In this document: piece by piece, positions 35,848-48,800 of the stretch
How positions within the stretch are numbered: position 1 is the first letter of the stretch
How the letters are laid out: each line of letters begins with the position of its first letter
NCBI GenBank assembly: GCA_030704615.1
Contig: CM060731.1
Location: forward strand, 90,024,001-90,088,000
Length of the DNA: 64,000 nucleotides
DNA from: Takakia lepidozioides
Lineage: Eukaryota > Plantae > Bryophyta
Direction of reading: 5' to 3'
Position numbers and translations under genes: made by a program
The notes under the pieces: model-generated
What the model was told of the DNA's origin: nothing
What the model saw: the letters and a program-made list of their open reading frames with translations, nothing else
Databases searched by the model: none

Positions 35848-36098
35848 ATTTCCATGAGCGGATCTAAAAAACCATGAGCGGAGTTGTTACTGACGATATA
35901 TCTTCGCCGCATTACAGGATCTGGAACTTCCAAAAACGGCAAGGTCAAATTAAAAACTATTATTTTAATACTTATTTAATCTGCCGCATTTCCCAAATTT
36001 GGAGGAGTCCACTTATGAAATCCGCGTGTCTTAGACTTTGGCTCACCGCTCATGCGGTTCATGCGGCTCATGGCTCATGGTTTTTGCTCATGAAATAG
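35848..36098 (-). mobile_element. Putative right terminus (TIR + GCTCATG subterminal repeats)
   Basis: GCTCATGAAATAG at 36086-36098; GCTCATG-like heptamers at 36048-36092; inner inverted copy AAAAACCATGAGC near 35867-35879. Confidence 0.55.
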
Positions 36099-36149
36099 TA
36101 AACCTCAACCCTATCTGCATAGAAAAAAGAAAAAAACCGAGCAGTAGTT

Positions 36150-38450
36150 GCTGCAAGACAATGTAAGCCTGAATCTATCTATGGAAGAGTAATATAGATT
36201 TGGAGGCATTTTTTATATGCTTCCAATTGATGTCCGATCTATCAAACTCCAGGGATGCCGAAGAGGAGGGCCTTGCGATGCTGCCAGTGGAGCGGAATGC
36301 TATTGGGCCAGACACAGGAGTTATCTTCAACGCAGCTGCATATGAGGCCCTGCCTTCCCCTAAAAGTTGAGAGGAGTGAAGGTCGACGTTTTGGAGCTAA
36401 TTGCATTCTGCATGAAGTTGAGAAACTGACCCACCTTAAGGACCCGATTAGCCACTTGCCAAAGGAAGGCACTAAGCTTAGCCAATTTAGCTTTGTTCCA
36501 GATGTTGGACCAAATGCATTTCCAGTTTTCTTCTCTGAATTGCACATGCCCCCATTTGTCATTCCATTTATGATGGAGAGGCCTGGAATTTGTGAGAGCC
36601 CTATATGCTTTCTTAGCAGTGAAGCATGTTCCCGCCAAAGGCCCATGTCCATTCTGCAGGGTCAACCTCCAGGGACTGAGTGGGTTGACCCCCTAATCCA
36701 TACAAACCAGCCTGCCGCCAGCCAGGTCTATTCAGAGGAGCCACCGGATTGAAGGATCTGGATTTTTTTGACCAATGACAAATCCTTATTGGCTTCACAC
36801 TCAAAATATGAATCGATATCTTTGGTAAGAATGGAGAGAGAGGGTCCCTGAGAACTCATCTGCTTAAAACCCAAACCCTGAGATGGAGTAAATATTAGTA
36901 ATATATATAATTTGGGGGATTGGAAGCTGTGAGGATACCCACTGATGAGTCCTTGGAACCTCCATGCCTTCCCTCATGATGATTTTCCATGAGTTCGGGA
37001 TGGATTCAATTATAGACCCAATTCCTGCAGCTCTCATTCTTAAAGTCCCCAAGGATACTGTGAGGGAGGCAGGGGTGCTGTCCCAGAGGTTTTGGATTTG
37101 CGAGACCGGGCTCTCGGTTCCCAAGCAGCCCATTTCCTGGCCAATGCCCTATCTTGAACTGGATGCATGGGGATGTTGAAAAATAGATGCTCCCTTATGG
37201 TTTTTGTGAAGGTAGAGGGTTCCACTTTCCGAAGGAATGGACGGAAAAAATTCCAGGCCGTCCAAATCACCTTCCAGAGTTCGGAGCCCACTGATTTATG
37301 GTTGAACCCCTGAACTAACCAGAAGTGGCCCAGGATGTAGATTGAAGAGGTGAGCTGATAGCAATAGAGTTGGTGACAAGCAGTTTCCACCACCCCCCTT
37401 CCGGGCCTAGGTACCTTGGGATCCATTTGCCTAGAAGAGCCTGAATATGAGCATTTGGGTCAAGAACCCCCAGGCCCCCTTCTTTCTTTGGTTTGCAGAT
37501 TTGGTGCCACGATACCTATGGTCTTTTGTTCTGCGTCAGCAAGGCCTTGGTCTTAGTCTAGTTTACTTTGAACCCAGAAGCGAGACAAAAATCCCTGAGG
37601 GTGTTTTCTGCAGCTAGAAGAGTTGATGGGGAAGCTTCTAACATAAGGAAAGTGTCATCCACGTCAAACATGGAATCCTTCACTTGAACCCAAAGCTAAG
37701 ATTTGGGGTCTCTTAGATTTAGGCCCTTCACCATAAGGTTGTTGTCCAGCATATAGCCGAGGGCGTCAGCAACAAACAAAAAACAAGAATGGGGCTAATG
37801 GGCATCCTTGCCTAACCGAGCGCTGCAAGGGGAAGGATCTGGAGATGTGTCCATTGATAATGACCCTGCTGGAGGAGCCAACGAGCAGGATGTGAACCCA
37901 GGAACATAATTCCGCAGGCAACCCAATCTTATCTAGCACTGCCATGAGGAAGCCCCAATGCACCCTGTCGAAGGCCTTATCGAAATCGAGAAGCCAGAGT
38001 GCCAGAGCTTGATTCGTGTTTTCTGTGTAGGCCATAGCTTCTTGAGCCAGAAGGACATTGTCCAAGATGTACCTACCTTTGATGAACCCTGCCTGGCCAA
38101 TTCTAATTGTGGAAGGGAGGAGCGGTTGGATCCTCAAGGCCAACGATTTGGCTATGATTTTGTAAGCCACATTGAGCAGTGTAATTGGCCTATAGTTCCC
38201 AATATCCGCCATGTCTCCCTTCTTATAAAGGAGGGTGATGATCCCTTGTGACATTTCCGGCGGCATCTTACGTTGAAGCTTGATTTGGTTAGCCATTTCA
38301 GAGATGTGCATCCAGAGGGACTTGTAGAATTCCGCTGCTGGAGGCTAAGGGGGTTGGGGGGATTCTCCTGGAAAAGGTTTTTGAAGTGAGAGAAAGCTTT
38401 TCCACACATTTCCCTGGGCGAGGAGGTTCTGGCCCCATCGAGATCCACTA
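36150..38450 (-). mobile_element. 5'-truncated, degenerate L1/Tx1-clade LINE (RT and 3' ORF2)
   Basis: NYRPITLLNVAYKIIAK, DFDKAFDRV, SVRQGCPLAP (37766-38311); downstream FREENWKCIW..AKLSAFLWQVANRVL shared with the LINE at 54-60 kb. Confidence 0.9.
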
Positions 38451-39599
38451 TATATATATATATATTCCAAAAATTATCTTGCATTTTATTATGTGAGGGA
38501 CCATAAGGCAAACACACCTGACGGTAACAGCTAGGAGAGGGCCAAGGGCGAAAGTAGTGCTCACGAGATGCGCTCTTGGAATGCCGACTGGCCCTGACAG
38601 ATTCCTACCACTGCTAACAATGAGAAGATCAACCTAAAAGAGAACCTTGCATCTATAGAACAAGGAAGCCACGATATGATTGAGAGAAAAATTCCTTGGA
38701 GAGATCAGCTATGAGCTATCCATATCAAGCAGGGGTTGGAGCCCTAGAGAGAAAATAAAATAGAACACTTAAGAGTAAGGAATTCTTGAAGACAGAGACC
38801 AGGGAGCATGTTTTCGCTGCTGGCGCTGGAGGACGCTACTTGCCGAAGCTAAGCCGAGTCGAGTTCTTGCCATTGATGTGCTTCCAATTAATTTCCCTAT
38901 CGAACTCCGGTGAGTCATGGTAGCACAATGATTGCCCCTTGCTAGGAGTCCGGTGGCTCTCTGGTCCAAAGACATATTGTCGACGAAGAGCAGTTGCATA
39001 TGATGTTATCTTTTCCCCATGAGCATTTGAATTTGCTGACGAGCTGATATTCAGTCGAGGGAAGACCATACAAGACTTAGAATCATGAGAGAGACAGGCT
39101 TGCGGCCATAGCCAAAGGTAGCCGTTGCACTCCATCTCGCACTCACCGGAAGCTCGCCTTGCGCCTTCCATCGTCTCCTTTCTTTTTTTACGCCTACTTT
39201 TGCAAATACTGTACTATGTCGCAACTTTTTGTAATTCTTTAAACTCTTTATATTTGTCCGCAGGACCATCCACTGTTTAATAGAAATGTCAATGTCGTCC
39301 AGCGATTTTTTTAGTGGCGAATTTTCGCCAGATTCCGACCTCAAAAACTAAAATAGAATATTCTGTCGCAAATTCCCTGTTTTCTCATGGATGAAATCGC
39401 CAAATTTCTCCAAATAAAAAATAAATTATGGATGAGTTCGCCAAATATGGATGATATAAATGGATTGAAGTACAGAGGTGGATGAATTTAAGTGGATGAA
39501 CAGAATGTACCGCTATTTTTTGCAAAACTCTGTAGCCACTCGTGCTGTTTTCCAAATTTCTTAAAAAAAACATTGATGTCGTCTGATGAATCGTCAGGT

Positions 39600-40010
39600 T
39601 GCCAGGTTCAATACAGTGACCGTTCCATGCCATGTTTCCACCCGGTCTACCTCCCCTATATACAACTCTATCGTTGTTGCACGATCAAATTGCTCATTTG
39701 CAGTGACCACCAAAGGGGCGCTCTATGTTTTACACCTCCACTTTAGTGGGATGAGTTATTCATGTAGGGATGAACAGCAGGCAAGTATTTTCTATGACCA
39801 AAGTATAGAACTTTCTTGCAGGCAATAGAGTACCTGGAATCAACATTGGGGCCGCAAGCTGGGCATGCCTTGTATCCCCCATGTGCGCATCCTGCTAGCA
39901 ACCCATAAGCTGGAAAATCGTGGATTGACCACATGAGGATGGTCCTCATGCAAAATGCTTGTTGCCCCACTGGTCTGCATAAGTCTTGTAAATCTTATGT
40001 ACGTTGCTGG
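39600..40010 (-). pseudogene. CACTA/EnSpm TnpD-type transposase fragment
   Basis: FCMRTILMWSIHDFPAYGLLAG..HGGYKACPACG...YFGHRKYLPAVHPY is the typical Transposase_21 segment. Confidence 0.85.
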
Positions 40011-40149
40011 AGAGCTAGATTTAATCACCGACGCTTGATGCCGTAGTTTTGTACGATGGCGGGAGCACGTCCAATTTCAATCTAGGGTGCATATTTCCAA
40101 AAGCTATTTTCACGTGCCCTGTTCCGAGTTTTGATGAAGCGAAAGGGCC

Positions 40150-42606
40150 ACAAACACTGTGCGACTGTTTCTCTCCACATGACTCTGCAAGTGGCTTCTC
40201 TCAGCTATTTCAGATTTGCTCATTTATTGCTGCTGGCCGTATCCCTGCCCCATTGGCCCGTCTCCTTGGGGCCTCCAGGTTGTTGGCTATGAGCAAACCC
40301 TCAGGTACTGGCATCCGCCCTATCGCAGTTGGAGAGGTTCTTTACCGCCTTGTCAGCCGCTTATTTTGTCTTCAGTTTCGAGATGCCTTCTCCGGACACC
40401 TCTTTCCGCACCAGTTCGGGGTCGCCACTCCAGAAGGTTGTGAGGCGGTGGTTCAGGGGATTAGTGCAGCTCTTGATCTTTATCCGGATTGGGTGGTTCT
40501 CCAGGTCGACGTCACCAACGTTTTCAACACTGTGTCACGAGCGGCTATCTTTCAGGAGCTCCATTCAGCCGGAGGAGATTTCCACCAGCTCATTCCGTTT
40601 GTTCGATTATTCTATGCATCCACCACTCCCTTATACTACAGTCATCATTCTCGCCTAGGTGAGTGCTCCATCATTCAGTCCGAGGTTGGGACCCGCCAAG
40701 GCGACCCTTTAGGAGGACCTTTGTTTGCCATGGCTCATGTCCGCGCCCTCACGGCTTTTGCACAAGTACATTCATCTTGTCTTTTTCCGTCGGTGGCAGA
40801 CGACACGCACATTGTAGGCCCTGCCTCACAGGTACTTTCAGCTTACCATCATTTTGTCACCCAACTCTCTGCCGTGGGCCTTTCAGTGCAACCTCACAAA
40901 TGTGCGGTGTGGTCTTCGTCCGGTCTCCCTGCAGATTTTGTCCTCCCTGCTCACTTCATTGCTCCGCCCAATGGCATCAGAATCCTGGGAGTCCCTTTTG
41001 GTACCACCCAGTTCACAACGTCCTTTTTGGAAGATGCACTCCACCAGGATGCCACCCACGCCGATCTCCTTCCTAGGCTCGGAGATGTACATGTAGCATA
41101 TGGAATCTTGACCAAATATTTCCTTCAGCGTCCCTCATATCTCTTGCGCACTGTTCCACCCATCCCAGATTTCCTACACCTCTTATCTGGGTTTGATACT
41201 ACCATGATGATTATCTTCGGGAGATTGTTAGGACCAGGAGCTCTCGAGGGTGCTCAAGGATTTTTGCCACGACAGCAAGCCACCCTACTCGTCTCTTCCG
41301 GTGGTGTGGGTCTTTTGTCCATTGTCTTTACCGCCCCGTCAGCTTTCCTTGGCAGCTGGGCGTTGGTGGCGCCAGCCCTTGCTTCACGATTTCTCTGTGA
41401 CCATCGTCCCATCCTTATGGATGCCGTTGCACATGTCGACAGTGACATTTTACCCTTCCAGCAGCATCTCCGCTCTGCACGAGATCTTTTTGCGGCACCG
41501 GCGCGAGCATGTCTACCACCATTTGAGCAGTTGGTTGCTCAAGGCCTCGATCATCTTCAGGAGTCCATTTCCGAGCGCGTGCACCGTCATTCCTTTTTCG
41601 GCATGCTCTCAAGTGTTTCTTCTGAGTTGCATCGAACCCGACTTCTATCATGCGAAGGATCCGGAGCAGGGGCATGGTTGGCAGCATGACCCACTATCGC
41701 ATATTTTCGCCTCTCATCCCCTATTTTCACTACCGTGCTCCGCCTTCAACTCGGTTTGCCTCATCCTTCGGCATTGGGCCTTTAGCGCTGCGTCTGTCTT
41801 CAGCCCATCGATGACCTTGCCATCCATCTCCTCCGCTGTCCATGTGGTTGTGAGCGCACTGCGTCTGATGATATGGTTCGCGATGCGGTGGCATCTATTG
41901 CTCGGGAGGCAGGGTATCATGTACTGCGTGAGCAACCACATCTACGACCCACGCTCACGTCCCACTCTACACGCCGCCGTGTTGACATCGTCCTATCTAG
42001 AGATGGTTTGCATACCCTAGCAGATGTCGTTCTCGCCGACCCCACTCGAGCGGATCTGTTATCTCGCGCAGCTACCACACCAGGCACGACAGCCACTGTA
42101 GCAGCTCAGGCCAAGGAGCGCGATTACAGCGATCGTCACCCCACCCACACATTTCTTCCACTGGCGGTCGAGATATTTGGCTCATTGAACTGGCACTTCG
42201 ACGATTTCCTGCGGACATGTGCACATCATGCAGCCAAGAGCGGGTCGACTGACATCCCACATGCCTCCGTCCTTGTCGCCTACTATCGACAACGTCAGTT
42301 GCTTTGCAGAGAGCACAAGCCATATCTATTTTGCATCGGGCTGATGTGGCTAGCTCCGCGTCATCTCATCTCCCGCCTCTGCCTGACACTTTGCCTATCT
42401 CCTTGCCTGATCTCCTCCAGGCTGTTGACTAGGAGGGTCGCTCTACTTGAGTAGTTTACTATAGCTTTTTGTTTTCTTCTCTTGTTTCTTATTCCTTCCC
42501 CCCCCCCTTTTTGGAACTTCTCATCATATGCACGTTCACCCATTGTACATGTTGTAAATAAAGTCTTACAGGGTTTCATTCCTGACCTTTATATGGATCA
42601 AACAAA
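40150..42606 (+). mobile_element. 5'-truncated CRE-like non-LTR retrotransposon (RT + Cys/His finger + restriction-like endonuclease)
   Basis: GIRPIAVGEVLYRL, HQFGV, DVTNVFN, GTRQGDPLGG, SVADD, ILGVPFG; C-terminal C..C..HLLRC, RRVDIV..ADV..ADPT, AKERDY, FLPLAVEIFG; stops at 41687 and 41782; A-rich end near 42600. Confidence 0.85.
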
Positions 42607-42884
42607 AGTTCAAGGTACCATGCAGCAAGGTTTAGGTCTTTTTGTCGCCTCCCGTAGTTTTCTGTATTTTGCTTCGATTCAGTGCTGTTTTCGAATTTGT
42701 TATCTCAACTGTAATCTTCTCGCAATTGTTTGCAAAAGGATGTGATCATGCTCTGTACTCCACCTTCATTTGGACTGCTAACTTCGCCATCTCATAATAC
42801 TATGGAAGGCGACGGATGTTTTGTTGTGAAATGATATGGCTCAAATTGTCACGCGATGTCACTGAGGGAGTAGCAGCTGCAGGG

Positions 42885-45800
42885 ATGGATCGATTTGTGG
42901 TGCATGAGGCAGGCCCTTCTGTTCCTCCAAGCGTGTTCTCTAGGTAGCTCTCGTCCACCTTCCTGATACAGTAGGATTGTGTGTTGTTGCAGCCACTTTG
43001 CCATGCGAGTGCTCACAGTCCCAGAACAGCGAAGAGTGATCATGTTTTGATTTTCACTGAGTTTGTGAGGGCATGGAACTCTTTACACATAGCAATAGTG
43101 TCGACTTTGTAAGGGGTGACTCACTCAGCTTTCAGTGTTAAATCCTTCAATTTGACAGACTTTTGCAAATTGTGTCTGCTCATCTTGTGCTACCCTTGAC
43201 CTATAAAAACTGAAACGTTTGTCTTCCATCAAGTTGGGCATCATCATTATGTTTCATTAGTGAACCCAATTGTACCATGATTTCTCTGTAATTGCAGCAG
43301 GGGAAGTACTTACAGGCATTTCATCACTTTAGTAAAAAAATTGTTCCACCCAGTATCTTTTGCAAGGGTTTGAAGGCTTCGAGTTTCTGACTAGTTGATT
43401 TCAAAGGCGAGGGTGGGGGCTAGGTGCTTATGAGGTTCAGGGGAAATTATCAATTGCATACAAGCATGCTCTTCTGCAGCTCATGCTGCAATCATATTCA
43501 GAGGTAAGAGACAAATTAATCAGGTCTGCCCGTCTACATTGAGCAGAGAGTCTTCACCACAGTTGCCTACTTCTGAACGTATATCAATTAAGCAGCTAAC
43601 TAAGCATAATTTGAATATGCTGAAGATGGAGGATAACTTTGCTTGGACTGAGTTAGTTTGTTTCGGGCAGTGGCATGTCCAGAGTCTTTGATAATGAGGG
43701 CAATCCATCAAAATAGTTGTTCGTTTGACATGCGTCAACAAAGTACAGCTTAGCAATAGCATTGGGATGTATACAGTAAAGATGTACAGATGCAGTAAAG
43801 CATCCTGAGATAGTATAGTATTCACATTTTGTGCAGGTCCTGTATGGACTTGTAGGTTGCAACATAAACGGGAGCAGTTCTAATGATTTTTTATTGAGAA
43901 GTATTTGGGTTGATCCTCTGCGCACTTGACTGCAGATTGGGAGTTTTCCTCAATCGCAACTCAGCCACCATTTCCCTCCTCCTGTGCATGTCAGTCCCAC
44001 ATTGCCTTATTCCTGTGTGTCACACTGACGTGTGTGCTATAAACTTGTTCTATGAGTTTGCAAGTTGGTGGCATCCAAATGAACTTCCATGGGTTCCTTG
44101 GTTCACCGTACAGTACACTGACATTTTTGTTTTCTCTGGGTATGCAGGCCCCAGTCTGGCAAGGGTCAGCAGATGACTCATTGTCCAGTTTTTCTGAGAT
44201 TGTAGGGTTGGCTTCTGGAAACACTTATTTCACATCAAGGTAGATCCTTCCCCAGGTGAAGGTTTGAGGTGGTTCCACAATGGTGAGAACATAGCAGGGG
44301 TTGTATCTTAGCAAAACCAGTTGTTTGCTGGAAGACCAAGAGTTGCAAGTGCTTGGGTCATCCTCGATCATGTACATGGATCTTATCATGTCCTTCTAGC
44401 TTCCTCTATTTGCACCAGAGACCAAATGGACTAGAACATGATCCCACACTGCCAGTCATGGAAGCTTGTGCCACTCTGTTTGGAAACTTTCTGTAAGACT
44501 TAAGACATTCATGCTAATAGGCAGGAATTTGTGTTTGTCAGTACAGATAATCTCAATTCTTTCATGTAATTATGATATCTCTGGGATGTTTGTGAACTGA
44601 CAGGCCAATCGTGACTTGCCTTGAGTTTGATGCTAAGGTAAGAAGCCGAGGACCTAGAGCCTTAAGGTGACACCGTATCTCTGGTTGACATGTCCCTTTC
44701 TGCGTGGATGTCCTGCACAACCTACTATGTGGTTCAAGCTCTCAGTAGTACATTCAGTTAGCTGTATTTCCTAAATGTGGGTCCAGATTTACTGCTTTCA
44801 TGCTTTTGTTCAACATCACAGATAGTACAGAAACTGATAAAGAGAAAAGTGATATGCTGCCACACATATACAGGAAGGGGACTATTGAAATGTTTGATTC
44901 TTGCTGATTCATCCTTTTGCAGACTCACTATTAAAAAAGCGACCTTTTTCTGCTGTCTATGTGGTAGGGTGTATACCTGTCTTCAGTGAGCAGCAATGGA
45001 TGCCTCTCCATCCATGACTTTGAAACTCTTTACTGCACCGCTGGAGGTTCTTGGCTTCTCTTTGAAACGGAGTGTTACATCTCTTTGTCTATTTACTGTA
45101 CAGAAATTGTTTGCTAGGCTATGCATGCATGCAATTACAGTGTACCAGGGTATGTCACTTCTCACGGGGCAAGGAAAGAAATAGGCTAAGGGGTTGGAGA
45201 AGGGAATTAAGGGGCGCAGACAGCAAAGACCACAGACTGGGAGGGAAGAGTAGAGAGGCAGGAAAAAGCAGTAGGGGGAGGGTGGAGCAATGTGATAGTG
45301 GCTCTTTCTCATGCACAAGAGGCTGGCCCACAATGCTCGTACCCCCAACCGTTCCCCAACTTCAACTGACGTTTTCTTCATCTCACTTGGACAGGTTCAG
45401 AAGCAGACAAAGGTAGACCCACAGTACACATTCACACACGGCAAAAGCTTGAAGCTGTGCGTTGGAATCCAGCAAATCAAGATGAGGTATATTGAGCATC
45501 GAATCCAGCAACAAAGCAAGTTACATAAAGATGGCACACAATTTTGATTTTAGTGCATCTTCATGTCGATCTCATGCATGTACACCTGAATGCTGAGGCG
45601 CAGCAATATGCATGTAAATTTAGCAGGTAAGGGTGTACTCATACCGTTGCCTGCGAATTTTGGCTTGCCACAGCTTTATGGCCATCGACCTGGTTGGAAA
45701 CTACCCCTCCCCGAGCCTTTCGTGGTTCCACACCCACCAGGGTTTAGCTTATCCCCGCAACTTAGCTGCAGGATAAACTTAATTTCCCGCAACTGCCATT

Positions 45801-48800
45801 AAGATGCTTGCAGAGGCACTTGTCTGCATGCAAACTTGACAGCCGATATAGCAGGTAAGGGGGGATAGACTGGCAAAGTCTTGGCAGGAAATATGGGAAA
45901 ACGGGATGTGGGGCTGGGTGGGGAAGGGATGTTCATGGATTTTATGGAGGGACAATAAGAACCATTCTTGATGACCAACCAACAGGTTGCGTGTGTTGCA
46001 TCTGGGAGTGACAAACTATTTGTCTATGATATAGCAAGTGTCTCACCCAAGCCTCACGAGGTGAGTTTGCTTGAAGGGAGGTTGTATCAAGACTAGCATT
46101 ATTGCTTCTTCCAATAGAAGGCACCTGTAAATAGGTCTTTCTTGACCTTTGTTGTGTTCAGGATTTTTGGTAGCCTCTTAGCATGTAAAAGGACGTATTT
46201 TTCTGTGACACACCATTAGCTATGTCTGTAACCTATTACTTCTCAAATTGCACTGCTATACACAAAACCTGGAGTGCCAGGAGTTTCCTATGTGAGGGGC
46301 TAATAGGGCCAGATTCTGTGGCAGCAGACTCCGCCTGTGTCTGTTGGGCTTTAGGTGGTTCTGGGGGCAAATCAACCCCCTCCCCGCCTCCCCTACCGAT
46401 GTTGATGGTTGCTCTCAGTAAAGTAGTTATTTTCTCAAAACAAGCCAAAATTTTAAGGGTGGTTCCTTTGCTCATATCAATGTATGAACTGGTGCTTCAA
46501 TATAGGTATTGCAATGTAGGTCGAAGAATCAAAGGGGCCAACCAGCTGCTCTTTTTGACCTCTCATTCTGTAAACTTGGAATTGGCAGGTAAGCTGGAGA
46601 GAATCAGTCGCTGCATACCACAGTACCATGTTTCTTGTTGGTTTTTGGAGATTTGCTGAACAGCTCATTCAAATGCAAACTGATGTTTCTACCAATTTAA
46701 TTGACAAACCTTTCTGGCCATCTCAGTGAATCCTGTTTGTTGTGGTATTATAAGGCAAAATGAGATTCTTTATGTGGCACCTTCTTTTGTCACCTCTTTC
46801 AGGATTCTGGCTTGTGGGAATGAGAGCAATGTGCAACTTTGGGATAGGCGGGCTGGACAGTTGCCCACTTTGTCTCTGCTTGCTCCACCCGGTTCGGGTG
46901 ATATCAATAGTCTTCAGCTTTCAAGAGATGAGCAGGTTGAATGCAATTCCCAACTGAGGACTTTTACCGGGATCTTAAGTATTCACCACCCTTAGTACAC
47001 AGTTGGACAGCAATGAGAGACCTCAGTAATGATAATTGTAACCCCTAGGCAATCACATAAGGCTTGTTTGACTCCGAGGCTCATTTTCCCTCCACATATC
47101 TGGATCCCTGTTTCATCAAATTGACGTGATTTTTATGGAGTAATTTAATGCGAAATACTCCGTTGATATAATGGCTGGGGCTGAAACATTATCGTTACCT
47201 TCCACTGCAGCTTGTTTATGCAGGGAGTGAAGGCGGGTACATCTACCTCTGGGACCTGCGAGGAGGAAGGCAGTCTGCTGCCTTTGTGAGTCCCGGCGAG
47301 GTAGTTCCTGGCAAGCCTGCAAGCTTCAGCTCTTACTTTCTACATTGTGCGATTACAAAATATGTACCTTAACTGATGAAGGTATTGATTATGTCTCTCA
47401 AGGAGACAGGGAGCTCCACTGCCCAAAAACAGCAATTGGTGATGTCATGTCATATGTGGGCCATGGGACAATGATATGGAAACTGGCCTACTAGTCAGTC
47501 AACACGAGAAGGAACATTTCAGATATAGCCTAATTAGCCAATGATCCCAGGAGGTAAACAAAAGCAGTTTCAAATTGTTTGTGCTCAAGACAATGTAAAT
47601 AGTGCTTTATTCCAATGCCAGAAAACAGGACAGAGTATATGTAAAAACCATGTAGTCGAGATGAAAGGTTGCAAGGTTTTATCTATGAGAGTTCTGGGAA
47701 TAGAAAAATGTACTCATAAGACGTTGTTTGCCGTAGGCTTGTGGCCATTGACCCCGCGCCCAGTTTGAGCGGAACACAAAGGGACAGAACCTACCTTTGT
47801 CAGGGGCTGACGCTGGTACTAAGACTTACCTTGGAATAAACAATTGATCCGGGTTTTCCAGATATCCTCTAGAAATCCCTTCACACAAGCATCAATCTGC
47901 TGTGTGTGGTTTGCCCAATAACTAGGCCCCAAAAGGGCCTGGGCTTTTGGCTCAGCCTCGAGACTTTCAAAGTTCGTAAATAGAGGTACAGGCACAATTC
48001 CCTTAATAAATTTGAGGAGAGCGTCTCTCTGGTGAGAGAACCCCGGCCAATGGATCAGAAAAATGAATATTGTCTTCAGGTTGCCCACACAACAGGCAAT
48101 TGCACTCTCCCTTTCCTCTCTGCTTCTGTTTGCTGTTCAAAGGTAGGCTTCCTGCCCTGAGTTTAAATTTCAGTCTAGTGCCGAGAGTGGGTAGACCCTT
48201 GAGGTCATCCATGATGTCCTCCCCCATATCACAGACTGGAAACAAGTTCAGGGAAGTTTTCTGCCTAACTTCATTTTCATCAGACAATTTCCTGGCAACA
48301 GACATGGCTTTGGACACTACAGCCTCTAAGTCAGATTTATCCAGCAGGGTCAAGACTTGCGGATTAAGATTCAGATCCTTGAGAATCTCTTCCACTCTCT
48401 TCCGCCAGGACTTAGCCTGTTTGACAGGGCGGTCCTGTTTCCAAGATATAGAGTCGATTAACTGAGGATATCTGATGTTGGACATATGTTGCAGCTGACC
48501 CCACCATCTGACCTTGAATTCATCTCGTCGGGAGCTTAAAGAAGGGATGCCAAACTCACCCCGAACAGCCACATTGGCTGTTTTGGAGCATGCTGACATG
48601 CACTCCTTAAGCACCCCCACTTGAATGGATTCTAGGGACTTAGCCTGGTTGGAGTTATCAACCCATATTGCATATGCATAATAACACGACAAAGCATGTT
48701 TTTCTTGACCTCAGAGTTGATCCCTCTGCAGTGGAAAAATTTAGTGAGGAGGACTCGTCTCTCAGCTGTCTTGAGTGGATCTTGTGGGAATAGATTGTAC

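Noticed and set aside
38465-39560. ORFs at 38769-39344 and a GGCGAATTTTCGCC / TGGATGA-rich segment at ~39290-39500
   Set aside because: No domain recognised and no termini or TSD found; probably a decayed interspersed repeat but unclassifiable by eye.
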